This document shows positions 39,921 through 53,682 of a stretch of DNA of 64,000 nucleotides, piece after piece. The first letter of the stretch is position 1. Each line of letters opens with the position of its first letter. The position numbers and the translations under genes were made by a program. The stretch is from the NCBI GenBank assembly GCA_965655095.1, contig OZ296649.1:52266001-52330000 (forward strand). Reading direction: 5' to 3'. The stretch comes from Haplodiscus bocki. Taxonomy: Eukaryota. Under the pieces are notes generated by a model that ran no database searches, was not told where the DNA came from, and saw only the letters and a list, made by a program, of their open reading frames with translations.

Positions 39921-41307
39921 ATCTTATCTGAAGTCCTAAAAACAAACTTTGACCGTTAATACTTACTTCGCCCGCTAGTCTAGACTCTCAAATGAAAAAA
40001 ATCAACGATGGTTTTACATAAAAGAAATAAGGTGGGAGAAATAACTACTCTGGGGCGGGATATCTCGTTTTTGGTTCAAATGTTAATCCGACGCCAAGGC
40101 GAATCTTGAAAAACTTGTGAGGTGTCATTCTAAAGTAGTATCTTTTACATTCTGCTTGTTCCACCGCCAAAAATCTCACGAAGTCATGGACACAAAAATT
40201 TACATAAAGTGAGTGGAGCTTTATATCGGGATATATTGGTATTCTAAGTGAATGCTTATAAATGTTTACTCTCAGTCGGGGCATTCAGTTTTACGTTCTG
40301 TCAATTAAAAATTCGTTTTCTGATTCTGAAAACTATTGCGAAAATACTTTATCGTAGTGGTTCATGAGATATTATTAGTAACAATAGAAATGATGGGAGT
40401 TGGAGGGAGAAGGAAGCTGACGTAATTTTACAATCTGCAAGTTCACAAATCTGATTATAAATGGCATCTACCTACAACTGTCTCAATAAAGGTCAAGACA
40501 TGTCCCTATAATATAGAATCTCTTCCGCATCAATAAAATTGACTCGAAATTGACAACTGAATTATTTTGCAGATGTAACTGAACTGACAGCCTGTTGACT
40601 GCTGTTACTATATGGTATGTGAAAGACTCGTCAGTAGCAACTCGTCGAAAATCAGAGGGTGGAGCTCGCGTCGCAAAGTAAACTGGTAGCAAAATAAACT
40701 CGTCACAAAATTAAAAACCGAAAGCTCGCAAATTAATTAGGCTCGAAATCTTCCGTTCCGAACAAATAGGCTAATTTCTTTCATTTTTCGTTCGTTGGAC
40801 CACGTTTCCCTCCCCCTAAACGCTTTAGGGGTGATAAAGGTAATGAAGCTAAAACAATGTTGCATTCATGTCGACAAATAGAATGCCATTTTATATTAAC
40901 ATATGTCGAGAATGGCATTTTTCTGCCAATATTATACATTATCAGCCAACTACCGTATTTGTGACAAATCGCAGACAAATATTTGTATTTACTTGTTTTC
41001 TTCCCCATCGAGATCTTTCTGAAACAATTTTACTGTAATAAAACTGCTTTCCGCAAAATGCGTTTTTTTCAGATACATATAGTAAAAATATTTCAAAATT
41101 TCACTAGCATTGCTCGGATATTTTCAATTGAGTAAAATATGCTAAATAAAGAACTTGGTACCACTAGGGTGTATAATTAACACGTTTCCTTTTTTGTGTT
41201 CCTATTGGCAGATTTATTGGTAATGTCAAACGAATGGTTTTCCTTCCATGTACAAAATTGGGGTGCAAAGTGGTCAGTTGTTGAATGAAATAAGCTTAAG
41301 TATTTTT

Positions 41308-43650
41308 CGTCGAAAAATTTTTTGAAAGGAAAATATTGAATTCAGTGGTTGGAGTTTTTCTTCTGAAACTGCTCATGACGCGCAGACTTCGTGTCTGCAG
41401 AATCGTTGGCGGCTTGCATGTTACATACGTGGGGCGGAACTGGGGTTAGATAAACAAGGTTGCAGATTCAAATCTCTCGGCCATATTTTTTTTTGAATGT
41501 TTTCAGATACTGGTTAAAACTTAGTTTTTAATAGCAAAAAACACGGTTTTTCCACAAAAATTACAATTTTTATGAGTGGGTTCTTTTTGCGTCAAAAAGA
41601 TCCGTTTTCTGACGTTAACAGAACAAATTTCTCAACACTTTTCGAAAAATTGGGAAACTGTTTTCGATTCTCCTAAGAAGCAGAAAAATAAGTTTATAAA
41701 TCTGATCAAAAATTTGATTATAAATATAAATGATAATTTTTTTCGGGTTTCTCGGTATCGCAATTTTTCTGCTATCCTAGTTTCTCTAGTCAAAAATTAT
41801 ACAAATTTTCTTCGGAATTGTTTCTGCAGCAACAAATCGTTCTGTGATCTCTACATTGCGGGAATGACAAAAACCGCAATTAGTATTCAAGTTCCTTGAT
41901 GTTGAAGCTCACTTTTCTGCAAAACTAGATCGATAAAATTCTTGATCAAGGTCTCAACCGAAAGCCTCTTACTTGTGGTGAACTGTTCGATTGAAAAACT
42001 ATCCATCTGTTCCCTGTATCGGAATCCTGATAGCCCGAAAAATCCACACAAAATGCCATTACTATCGATTTATCTCGATATTCAAACTTTCTCCCCAAAT
42101 AGCTACTTGATTTGTTCGATCAAGATCTCAATCCAAAGATTTATACTTTCAAAACAGCACTCGATTGAGAAGTCATTGATTTTTCCTCGCATCGGAACCC
42201 CAATAGACCGGAAATGCGAAATGTGCCATTAGTTATGACACAGCCCAATTATCAAAACTAATTCCTCGTGAACTTACAGGCTTGATTTCTTTTATCAAGG
42301 CATCGATCGAAAGATTTCAACTTGTAGATGAGTGATCAATAAAAAAACCGATTTCGTTCTTTGCGTCGGAACCACAATAGTTCAAGGAAGCCTATAAAGG
42401 TTTCAACACTTGAATTATATTGATTTTCAAACTTGCATTTCTCCAAAACTACAACCTAGGACTCTCGTAATGGTCTCAATCAACAACTTTTTACTTTTAG
42501 AGGAAATTTTCGTTAAAATTGTGACCTGGTTCTTTGCAATGGAAATTTGATAGCTCCACAATGCCGAAAAACGCAAATGTTTCCGAGAATTTTTAGCGTC
42601 TTCAGAACTTCTGACATAATTCTTTCCTTCAAAGTCTCAATTGGAGGCTTTCTACTTTTAACGGACTACTCGAGTAAAAAATAGTTAAATTTTTTCCTTG
42701 CATCTGAATTGTAAACGTCCGAAAGCTCCCAGACAGGATTTTATTACTGAATTATAACGATTCAAAAACGACGATTTCTCAAAAACTACAGCCTAGGTTT
42801 TTTTTCATTCAAATATCAATCGACAGGTTTTATATTGTATAGAAATTTTGAAATGAAACATCTATGTTTTTCCTTGCCTTCGAAAATTGACAACTCGAAG
42901 ACGCCAGAAAAATCAATTAGTTTGGATATTTTCTGAGAAATCAGACTCATATATCTGCATAACGACTGACATGATTTCTTGCTCGAACATCTCAACTTAC
43001 AGTTTTCTACTTGTGACGGATCATTATCTTAAATCATTCAATATGTTCCATGCAGTGGAACCCTGATGGACCGGAAATGGCAGAATGCTGTTAGTCTTGG
43101 CAGACCTCGTTATTCAAACTAACTGCTTCAGCTCCATTTGTTTATTCAATCAAGGTGTCAAGCGAAAGCCTTTTGACAATCCAAAAAATTGAGAACAAGT
43201 ATTCGTTTTTGAAAATCTTTAAATCTGTTTGGTACATTAGAAAAGAAAACTTGATAGGACAAAGGTGGCAAAAAGTGCTTTCAGAAAAGACATTTCTCGA
43301 TATTCCAACATCTTTTTTTGAAAAACTAGGCCCTTGACTTCTTTCATCAAGGTCTGAAGTGACGCTGTTATACTATTAGAAGACTCTTAGATTGAACAAT
43401 CTTTGATTTTGTTCTTTAGACTGGAGTGTGAATGGGAAGGAGTCCAATTAATGTTGTTATTTTGATCATTTTCAACCTCATAATTCAGTAGAGATACCAG
43501 CTTGATTTCTTCCGTCGAGATCTACATTGAGAAGTTTCGAAAATGGGGTTCCTCGTGAAAGTCATCGACTGTATGTTCAATCAGTAATTTCTGCGCCCCT
43601 TTGATAGAAACTAACGCTGTGCGACTTCACCTATCGTTGAATTTTATACA
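41308..43650 (+). repeat. Composite dispersed repeat, copy 2: degenerate tRNA-like head plus ~9 units of ~174 bp
   Basis: Start cgtcgaaaaattttt..aaaggaaaat..gcgcagac..tctgcaga as at 16874; cores at ~42010, 42184, 42358, 42530, 42695, 42870, 43047, 43230 and 43412; end tgtatgttcaatcagt..tcgttga as at ~19665-19735. Confidence 0.8.
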
Positions 43651-44214
43651 GAGAGGAAGTTGCGCAACAAAAATTTTCCCATATCAAACAACAAGTCAAG
43701 ATAATTTTGGGGAAGTTTGAATTCAAACAGGACATCCATAATGCCTCGCTGATTCCCCATACTGGATGTATTAAATGAACAGCTGATGGCCTCAATTGAA
43801 CAGGAAGTCTCCGAGGAAAACGAAGTTGAAAAAAAAGCGCAACTAAAATTTTTTCGAACACCAAAATACAAGTGAAATTTTGCCAGGCAGGAAAAAACGG
43901 GACGTCCCTGGTTTTACTTTACTCCCAACCCCATTTATTGAAGAAGCTACGGCATTAGGCTGGAAAATAGGAAACGTGAATAAATTTTAAAGAGAAAGCG
44001 AGACGGCTTCAACAACGCTCAGACGGAAAGAGCATGAAAAAATCTCTGAACATTGCAGAATCTCGGGAAAAGTACGAGCTTAAGGCCACTAGAAAACAAA
44101 ATAAAACTGCCCCATCGACCGTAATACTCTTGTTCCGCTTGCATTGCAAATATAAACAAGCTAGGAACAGCTCAAAGTCGGCGCTCCCCCTCTGTGTGGC
44201 GTGAAAAATTGATT

Positions 44215-44415
44215 AAATCATGCAGGGGATGTCACAAAAAAAATGAAACTTTTTGTCCCATAGTACCAAAAATAAATCGTAGGCGATCCTTTTGTGTTTC
44301 TGAAAGTTTCTTGTACCGAAGAACTTTATACATGAGGGGTTATCACGATTTTTGCACCAAATGCTTTGTCTCACAGTGCCGAAAATTTTCGTAGAAGGCA
44401 AATGTTGGTGTTCGT
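44215..44415. repeat. ~118-bp repeat family, ~1.7 units
   Basis: gaggggttatcacgattt..tgtctcacagtgccgaaaattttcgtag matches the units at 12.6-13.0 kb. Confidence 0.8.
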
Positions 44416-45717
44416 GAGTACTTTACCCGTGCTTGTTGTAAACTGTGCTTGCATGCTTTAGAATATTATGCCAGGGAAAAAATAGGGAAAAAAGTAGACA
44501 ATTCGAAAAGAAAAAAAAACGAAGTGACTACAAGAGTCAGCTTTTTTTTTACTTAAGTAAAAGCGCCGACTAAAGATGAAAGGCAATTAACGAAATCAGT
44601 GTGTAATTACATTAGACTAGTTCTTTGCTAACACATTTGCGACGAGTTTCTTTTCTGCCGTCTCACTCTGGCGAGTTGCATGCTAAAAGTTTTCGTAGGT
44701 TCTTTAATATAATATGTATTGAATTTCGAGCTTGAAGATTCAAGTAAAACTTGAAACTATTCCCATACTTAACTCAGCAGTGACAAATTTCAGCCAAGTA
44801 GCATACTACTTTTGACTTTCAATGGATGAGTGAAACAAAAGTCTGCAAAAAATCCCCGCACTTTTCCAATGTGCTGGAACGCAGCCTATCGGTTGAATTG
44901 AAACATTCTGTCCACATTTCCCAAAAAAGTACAATCAAACTAGCATAGCCACTACATCATTTCTACAGCTGTTTCATTTTCCCTACATGCTCGGTTCTAC
45001 CTAGGACACGTAATCCTGTAGACCACAAAAAATTAGAATGCGTGCGAAAACTAAGGCGCGTCAGGGCAGAAATTTTCAGAGTCAGCGGAGTCGCATTGAG
45101 CGGTGTCGGTTCACAAGTCCAAAAGAATAATAAAAATTTTGCGTTAAATTAAAATCAACCAATCAAATTAAAGCAGTTTACATGAGCGCGCATCTTCAAA
45201 CCATTTATAATGTAGTGTGACAAGTATTTCAAATATGGAATTGTTACAAAAACGCCAACTAACGATTCCCGAGCTTAGTGAGAGTATGTATACTGCCCTC
45301 GCAGAGAGCGGAATGGACGATTTAATAGTGCTCAAGTCACCAGTTTCAATACTTATTCTATTTCAATTTAGCTAAATTATTTTCGGACTAGTGAATATCC
45401 GCTCATTCAGCTTGACGGTCGTTCAAATTACTTTCACACGGCGAATTCCATCAAGTCTTCACTTTCAATTTCATCCAATCTCACATACAGCCATGCACAA
45501 CTTAACCAAATTTTAACACAGAGGCGAAGCTGTGCTTTGCAACACTTGGGTCAACGGAATACTAGTGAGAAAACCGACTAAATTCAACTGATTTTTGGAG
45601 GGGCTAAGATAGTACAAATACTACTGTTAACAAGTGTACTGAAACTCTTGTATATTTATGTAAAAGAAACGCTATATCATTTCATTTGCTTCATATTTTA
45701 AATAAAAACAGTCTCAA

Positions 45718-45850
45718 GCGTGAATGGCACAGTCAGGTAGAGCAAACCACAGCAGAGCGAACGGTCCCAGGTTAGAGCCTAGGCCACACTTCCTCCTCTT
45801 AGGTCAAGTCTAAGAACTTGTGTTGTGAACGGATCGGAAAAAGACTGTTA
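45718..45850 (+). repeat. tRNA-derived SINE-like fragment
   Basis: A-box-like TGGCACAGTCAGGTAG (45725) and B-box-like GGTTAGAGCC (45770) at tRNA-like spacing. Confidence 0.45.
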
Positions 45851-46491
45851 TAACACTTCCTTGCGCAAGTCTAACTACCAATTTTTCGCGGTCATTTTTT
45901 CGCTATGCGTTATGATTCTGCTAGGAGCTAAAATAATCGTAACGTGTCGGAAGGTACTGTTTGACTCAAGGATACCTTTCGCCTTTTCTATTCTAAGGTA
46001 ACACCTCAAAAGAGAATCAGGCCGACGTCTCATTAGGTAATTTAATTTGTGACGAACACTACTAAATAATTTTTAGCTCAGATATTCCCAAAAAAATCAT
46101 TTTTGAAGTTTTTTGGACTATCTTTTAACCTTGAACATGAATGTTCAAGTGCAAGAAGAAGTGATATGTCTTATGTAATTTAAAAAATCGATTACAGGCT
46201 TTTTGAAGTTTTTAAAAAGTCTACTACAAAAGAATATGAATTCTGACGAGCCAAAAATTTACAAGTTGAAATAATTTATTTATTGTCTACTGACTATGTG
46301 GCAATTATTACTCTCACAATTGGGTAAGTTTACTAACACATCGAAAATTTCGGTCGATTAGTTTTACCAAATTCTAGAATACCAGAAAAACCGCAGTAAA
46401 AAGGCACATATGGAGTACATTTTTCAACTAATTTAGTAAATACGATGAAATGTTTATCACAAAATTAGATAATAAGCAGAGGATAAATGTT

Positions 46492-47787
46492 TCAATTAGC
46501 AACAACGACTGCATCTTCTTTACTGGCTACCCAGGAGTACCCGAGGGCAGATTTATCATAAATATAATCAAAAGGAAACTTTGTCCTTGTCGATTGATAT
46601 TCTATTAATTCCTGATTGTTTTCAAATGCGTCAATTTGAGCAACGAATTCACCTTCTTTACCTTCTTGAAGATTGTACCCAGTTATTTTATTGAACAATT
46701 CATGACTTTCTGGAATTGTAACGTCGCTAAGATTCTTCTTGAAAAATGCGGTGAGGTTTCGGCAATCGCGAAAAAGAAAATGATGTGCTTTCGGGTGCGA
46801 TATATCAACAGCTTGACTCACATCAATCACATACACTTCTGACTGATGCCAAAGTAGGTTATACTCACTAAGATCTGCATGGATCAGTTTACATTTTCTG
46901 TACAAATCTTTAATGCACCGTGTTGATTTCTCAAAAGCTGAAATCATATCTTTCTGACTAAGTGAGGCTGATTTCAACGTCGGCGCTGGGATTCCTTCTT
47001 CGCCCAAAAATTCCATGATGACTAGGTTCCTTTTCACTTTTATAACTTTCGGACAGATGATGTTACCCTTTTTCATTTTTTCCAGATTCAAAAATTCCTT
47101 CAATGCCCACTGTTCCACTATTTTGCGAGAATTTTGTTTGCTGTAATGTTTCCGGAACCTATAGTCATCAGCGATATACTGGTCTCTTGTTTTGAACTCG
47201 TTCAATGTTGATTTGTGAACTTTCAGCGCAATTTCTGATGGCACTTCAGGTATACGTCCAGTTCCTTCGCCCCCAAAAGCATGATAAATATTCGCCTCCT
47301 TTCCAGCACTTACACAACCACCCACACTATCTAGGAGCCCACTATTAACCATCTTCAACAGCATCAGCTTGGTCTTAGCATCCATTGCGTTTTCTGCGGT
47401 TGAGTTGTCTTTTTTCTCGTGCAGTTTAGCAGCTCTATTTTCCTGACTATACGAGTGGTTTTTCAAGGTGTTGAAAACTTTATTGGGTAACTTTAGTTCC
47501 ATTCCGGTGCCATCTCCACTGCTAAAATTAGGCCCAAACTTTTCCATGCGACACACATTCAGTTTGCCACAAATCTCAAAATCATGTTTCGTTTTCTGCA
47601 CACCATCGATATCTTTGACAGAGGCACGCTTTGATTGAATTCGGAGAGGCTTCTCTGCTTTGGAATACAGTTCCCACTTTTCATCCACTTCCGAATCACT
47701 CTCACCCGAAGAGCTTGAGTCATAACGCCCAGGTTTCAGCTTGTAATTTCGATATGACATGGATATCTTGCTATTCTTATTCTTTGC
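46492..47787 (-). CDS. RIOK3: Serine/threonine-protein kinase RIO3, coding exon 2 (RIO kinase domain)
   Basis: Acceptor tttttag; AKNKNSKISMSY..TKHD..GDGTGMELKL..GCVSAGKEANIYHA..ALKVHK..DYRF..LIHADLSEYNLLW..VIDVSQAV..TGA. Confidence 0.95.
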   Translation of the reverse strand, partial: AKNKNSKISMSYRNYKLKPGRYDSSSSGESDSEVDEKWELYSKAEKPLRIQSKRASVKDIDGVQKTKHDFEICGKLNVCRMEKFGPNFSSGDGTGMELKLPNKVFNTLKNHSYSQENRAAKLHEKKDNSTAENAMDAKTKLMLLKMVNSGLLDSVGGCVSAGKEANIYHAFGGEGTGRIPEVPSEIALKVHKSTLNEFKTRDQYIADDYRFRKHYSKQNSRKIVEQWALKEFLNLEKMKKGNIICPKVIKVKRNLVIMEFLGEEGIPAPTLKSASLSQKDMISAFEKSTRCIKDLYRKCKLIHADLSEYNLLWHQSEVYVIDVSQAVDISHPKAHHFLFRDCRNLTAFFKKNLSDVTIPESHELFNKITGYNLQEGKEGEFVAQIDAFENNQELIEYQSTRTKFPFDYIYDKSALGYSWVASKEDAVVVAN

Positions 47788-48899
47788 CTAAAAAAATCCC
47801 AGATCAGATCAAAATATTGATAATCTTTAGTGGTGCAATCAAATAACTTAGGGAGTTTTTTCCTTTTCCCCCACACTCGGTTAATTATATTTCAAATGGA
47901 CAATAAAATGAATTTAGAAGGCTTCATTCAACTACCCGACGAAATGTTGAATGGCATTGCCAATTACAATCCATGTGGCAAAGGTATTGCTAAATACAAA
48001 TCGCAAAGGTAACGTTCGCCAAAAAAGAGCAAGAAAGTTAGCAACGACTAAAGTTAGCAATGTATTATAGTACGTTTCAAGTTGGTTGGTACATTATACA
48101 TACATCTGATTGGTCATTTTGGTTCAAAAAATGTTCAAAACAATGAAAAGCAAAATCCCACTAAAAAATTGTTAAAACTAGGTATTAGACTGATTCTTGG
48201 AAACGAATTTGATCTTCATGGCCTGTTCTGTTTATATTTTCCAAAGAATTCCGCTAGTTCAAGTCATGACAAACGAAAGACAACTGAGGAAGCTTCTTCA
48301 CATCATTTTGCAGGCCATATCAGTGCTACATAATTCAACATAAAGATTTCCCTAAAATGAATCTTTAAGTTTTTGGACCAAAATGGCAAGACTGTTCTGC
48401 TGCCAAAGATAACACAGGTGCAAAGACTAGCGGTTGTAGTTTTAGCTTCCTAACTTCTAGCTTATTCAACCGATTTTGCAACGACAAGCACCATTTTAAA
48501 GCTCTAAATATTCCAAAAAGCTTGCTTCATAACAATTTTTGTCTATAAGGTTTAGCTTGGCCATTAAACATTGCGAAAAACTAATTTTACACAGTGTAAA
48601 GCTTGCATGACCAATAAATTTGAAATGCACAATATTATTTGCAGTTTTAGTATCACGTGATATTTTCGTCCCTACGGAGTTTTCGCCCGTGAACGAACGC
48701 AACGCCCAAGGATAGTAAGAAAACCCCCGTATGCAGAGTGTTAACAAATATCACCATCGAGTGGTGACTGGAACAATTTTCCAAAACGTTTTGACTTAGG
48801 CCACGCTGCTTCAGGAATTGTTTCGTCGGAATCAATGTCACTCATTCCTTTTTTGAGCACTTCCAAAAAACCATCCATTCAAATAAACTGGCAAATTTT

Positions 48900-51000
48900 C
48901 CAGCGATGAGTAGTTTATATGTATAATACCGAATTTTCAAACCTTGTCTGTAGAAATTTGATGTTTCAATTTTCTCACGAAAAGGTATTTTTCGAAATGA
49001 AAGGGATGGCTTCAAAACTGTCTAGATCAATTGCTAGAAGCGGTAACTTTAGCACGACGTTTTCTCACAAATGAAGTTGTTGATTAAGCCCTGACTCATT
49101 GATGCCTTCAAAAAGTCACCACCCGATAGAAAATCACAATGTTGCTAGAACTCTTTCATTTCACAGAGCAAAACAAAAGCTGAAAGCAATAAAGGAAAAA
49201 TTGAAATAATGCAATCTATCGACTTTAGAAGACTTTCAAGTATCAGATCAGAGCGATGCTCGGCAAACTCATCATGATATTGAGCTAGAAATTCTTCTAG
49301 TTACCTTTTTTAGTCAGCATTCAGGACTAAGGTTTCCCCATGAAATTTTTTTCATAATTCCATTCAGTCAAAATCATTACTTTAAGGATCCATTGTTTCT
49401 AGGCGTTCACATTGCAAAATCTCCGCACGAAATTCTCTTTGCAGACGCGTCAAGTTGAAAAAATCATGGCACGTCTCTGGAGTTGGAAACCAGAGTTTCC
49501 AGTAGTCCAGAGGTGGGCGACTTCTGTCAAAATGAAATTCTTGAACCAACTGGTTCAGTTCACCTTCAAGAACTTCCGGGTTACGCATTTTCGCTAATGA
49601 ATGACCTGAGGGTCAATTTCAATTAGGTTATCAGCCTGTGCTTCTTTTAAAATACCGAAATCCGCTGTTTCTGTCTGATTATTCAGGGTCACTTGATTAT
49701 ACGAAAGGTTTATGGTTGAAAAACACTTTAGTGACGTCACCGATCTCGCTAAGAGACGAGGTAAGAGCAATGCTACATTTGTCTTCCAATCGATCAAAGA
49801 TTTATACTGATCAAAATGTTTCGTCAAACGGCACTCCAGGAATGCTTGAGACTGAGGTGGAATATTTACTTTTCGGTGTCTTCCGTGCATAACGGCATTT
49901 TTGCCTTGTTCAGGTAAAAACTGATTCAACTGAACAGCTAGATCTGGCAGTTGTAGAAGATTTCGTTTTGGATCATTCGTTATAAGTTTTTTTTTAAAAA
50001 AAAAGAATTTCCAAGTATGACACTAATCATACCTGGCAAAACTAGAAAAATGTCTTGTAAAGGATGAGGTCCAATTCGAAATAAAAATTCGCTTGTTAGT
50101 TAATCGGAACTCGCCGACCAGAGGCGATTCTAACAGAATTACATGAAAGCTTTTCTGAAGTTATTAACTTAGAGTTATTTAATTCAAGGTAGTTGAATAA
50201 TGATTCTGGTAAAGCATTAACACAGGAGCCTGTATCTATCAAGACGCGCCGTTTAATCTGACAAGAATATTTAAATCTAACATAGGAAGTTTTTTCCATC
50301 AGACAAAAAATAGCACGCATTTCTGGCAGGTCAATATGAAAAAATTCATTAGACGAATCTGGTTTTCGACCAGACTTTCGTTAGAGGATTAAAATTTTTG
50401 TTTCAATCTTGTGCTGCCTATTGAGTTAATTCAATTTTGAAAAGATGGATTATGCATTCCACATCTAGGAGCATTTCCTCGGACTGTGCAAAAAGTTGCT
50501 AAGTGATTAGGCCAACCACATGACACATCGTTGTTGACTGTTGTTTACGTGGCATAATTAGGATCAGGCGTGAAATTTTCAAACGTAGGTGTTGGTTGAA
50601 AAGTTGATGTGAGCTTGAAAATTCTGATTTTTTTCTGAATAATTCGATTTTGCGGCGGAAAATTTCAGGTATGTCGCTGGAAAAACGATTTCTAGTTTTC
50701 GGACCGGTGGACTGCAAAAGCGATCCTGAACAGGTTACGAAAAATTCCATATTTTGGCGTGTAGGCAAAGTTTGAAATTTTAGAGCTGCATCTCGAAGAT
50801 GCAACTGCAGAAAATTAGCTAGTTGATTAACAGGAATTGCAGTTGCGGCTGAAATACTTCATCGCAGTCTTTCAAATTCGCAAAAAATTTTCCTTTTCTG
50901 AGCCAGAATAAAGATTGAGTGTAAGTTGAGCTTGAGCCACAAATTATGAGTTCAATGGTGAAGCAAAATTGATTGAATTGATGATTAGGTTTTATTAAAC
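48900..51000 (-). mobile_element. Decayed Ty3/Gypsy-like gag-protease-RT relic in the RIOK3 intron
   Basis: Aspartic protease motif VLIDTGSCVNALP (~50235), WFPTPE (~49490), faint RT-like remnants near 49000-49300; many disruptions; no LTR pair identified. Confidence 0.65.
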
Positions 51001-51869
51001 GACAAGAAAACGAAAACTGAATAATAATCCGAAGAAAAATGCTGTTAAAAAACTGCTTGTTAAACAAATTTATTGCTTTCTCCAAAGAAAAAAAACTCGA
51101 AAGCTTTGGAAAAGTGCTTGCAGAGTTCTTTGAATTTTTTTTGCAAAAACTGTGGAAAGATCAACAATCGACGACGAAAATGGAGATCACAACGACTGTG
51201 CCACCCATTCAAGCAAAAAAAATTTAAACCAAAAATTCGAAGTTCTGGGCAACTCAACTTTTGCAGAAGTAAAATGAAATTCAAAAACTTACAGAAGAGT
51301 GAAATACTTGGAAAACTAAGCAGAAAATTGAACTAAACGAAAAGAAAACCAAATTTGAAAGCGAAAAAAATGAACCACGATGCTGTCCCAAGACAAAAGA
51401 AAGCAATTGAAACAAGTTAAAGCGTTGAAACATCATAAAATTGACAACATCGAAACTGGCTGTGAGCTCCCCATCACTTTGAAATACATCATGAAACGTC
51501 ACATCAAACGTCTGATTGAAAGTTGAGACCCAAGCATCCTGTTGTCGTCGTGTCCAAACTGAACATCAGTTGTGCTTCAATTGACAACGTGCAACAACCA
51601 ATGTTGAACTGCTACTTTTTCCGTGTCAAAACTGTTAATACACGAATTCCAAAATAGTTTTTTTTTAGTCAAAACGTTGAAATTTAGTTGAGTTTTCGAA
51701 ACATTTTTCCTCCAAAACACACAGCACTCGCGTCAGACAGCTTTGCAGTATTTTTCAATCCTGAATGATACTGCCGATCCTCCTCATGCTTTAGTTTTAC
51801 AGCTTCGTAGATGTGCAACAGGAACTTGGAGCTGAACCTCAGCGTGGAACTGGATGTAGAAGACGTGCA

Positions 51870-51933
51870 ACTGGATTTGGTATGGATGATGTGTGACTGG
51901 ATTTGGTATGGATGATGTGTGACTGGATTTGGT
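51870..51933. repeat. 26-bp tandem repeat x2.5
   Basis: actggatttggtatggatgatgtgtg twice exactly, plus a partial copy. Confidence 0.95.
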
Positions 51934-53682
51934 GGATGACTTGAAGGGATTGCAGCAGCTGGTTGGCAGAGAGTCTCAAGTGAGCTTTTTAGCCGAAAAA
52001 GGATAGTTCTCTGTATGGGATTGTCAGGATTGATACCGAACTGTCAACAACATAATCATCTATATTCCAGGTGTTGGTTGTTTGATAATTCCGAAGAGAA
52101 GACCATTTCGGCCGGGCGGACAAGTACTTCTCAAGCATCGGTCGCAATCGTTTTGGTTAATTATAAAATGAACCTTGGAATTATTGAATTATTTCTCTTC
52201 CGAGCTCCTTGTTTTATGCTCACTACTAATTTCCATTAGATAAACATGGTAAATAAATTATTCGAATTGTTTGAAGTTCATTCTAAAACAATTCAAATAT
52301 CAAGGAATTCGGAGTTCTAGATCCAGGTTCAACTGTCCTCAACTAGGGGATCGTGTTTCAGTACATGACAGTTAACATTGTTCCAGACATTCCTATAAGC
52401 TTTGTCCAGGGCTATTTGAAACTTTTGTATGTCGCTTATGCTCAAGTTTCTGCTTCTGCAGTCAAACAGAATCTTCGGTTCAATGACATTGTGGACAACG
52501 GTCATTTTTGTTCTTTTGGACAGGGTCGACCTCCAGAACCATATTCTGATGCTGAACCACGCGTGATAGCCTCTCTTTATCTCTTTACTCTTGTCTCATC
52601 CAGGCCATTTGTACTCCTTCGACGTGAAATTGATGCTTTCCTTGTTCTCATCGTGACAGATCTCTTCGAATTTCCAGGCTGCTTCACCCGATTGCAGTTC
52701 ATCATTCCAACATATTAGTGTTGAGTCATCAAAACAGGGAATCAAGTACCGTAAAGCTTTCTGCTGCTACTTCTTTTTCATCCATTTACGTTTTTGGTTG
52801 GCAGGCTGCTCCCGAGGATCCCAGACCATGTTAAACCGCATGCTTGATTCTTCGTTACTGCACTTTCCACTCTCCTTCTTTGTGCTAGTTTGACCGATCA
52901 CCGTAAAAGATATATGTTGAATGGTCCTGGAAGTAATCCAATATTCCATCCAATTCTTCGTCTTCAAGCAAGGATCAGACGCACTTGCAGCCTTCATCTA
53001 CGGCTTGAATTGAACAAATTCTAGGGCTAATGAGTTTGCAGTGCTGACGAAAATAGCATCGTCTATATTTTCTAATTTTACAGTCAATTTCAACGACATT
53101 CCTTCAAAACCTTTGACTGCGGTGAAAATAACAGTAAATGACTTCCACATTGCTGAATTGTAACTCTGCTGCATTAGTAATGGCTACTTCGAAGTTGTTT
53201 ATAATCGTCTCAGGTTGCCCTTGCTCGACCTTTAATATTGTTGAGTATTTTTTTTGTCTGGGTTTTGTCAGGCTCTGGCAATGATTGTGCTCTGCTAAAA
53301 TTTTGACAGTATTGTCTTTTACTACGAAAGCTTCTTTTCGGTCATCGATAGCGTTTTGCGCCGTCCTTCTTAGCGCTGTGCTCCCTGTAGAGTGATCCTT
53401 CGAAAACGAGAAGTGGCTTTTAAAAATTAATGCTGGAAGTGTATTCCATTTTCCGCGAATTGTTGAAATTAAGCAACTTACATTACTAGTTAAGCGTCAA
53501 TAATGAGAGGAACCAGCTTTGAAAGCTAGCAGCGCAAAATGAGGTAGGTGCCTAATTGGTGATATCAAATGTGCTGATTCACTAAAATTTTATAGTTGAC
53601 TGGTATCCGGTTCAGCTCGTGCATCTAATTTGAAGTACCAAGTTCCAAAATCAAACTTACTTGATGCTAACTTCATCTGGCG

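Noticed and set aside
46492-47760. Stand-alone intronless RIO1 gene
   Set aside because: An in-phase upstream exon supplies RIOK3-type N-terminal motifs.
52350-53150. Possible RTE-like LINE fragment
   Set aside because: Only weak remnants (NIDDA, EYGS); insufficient support.
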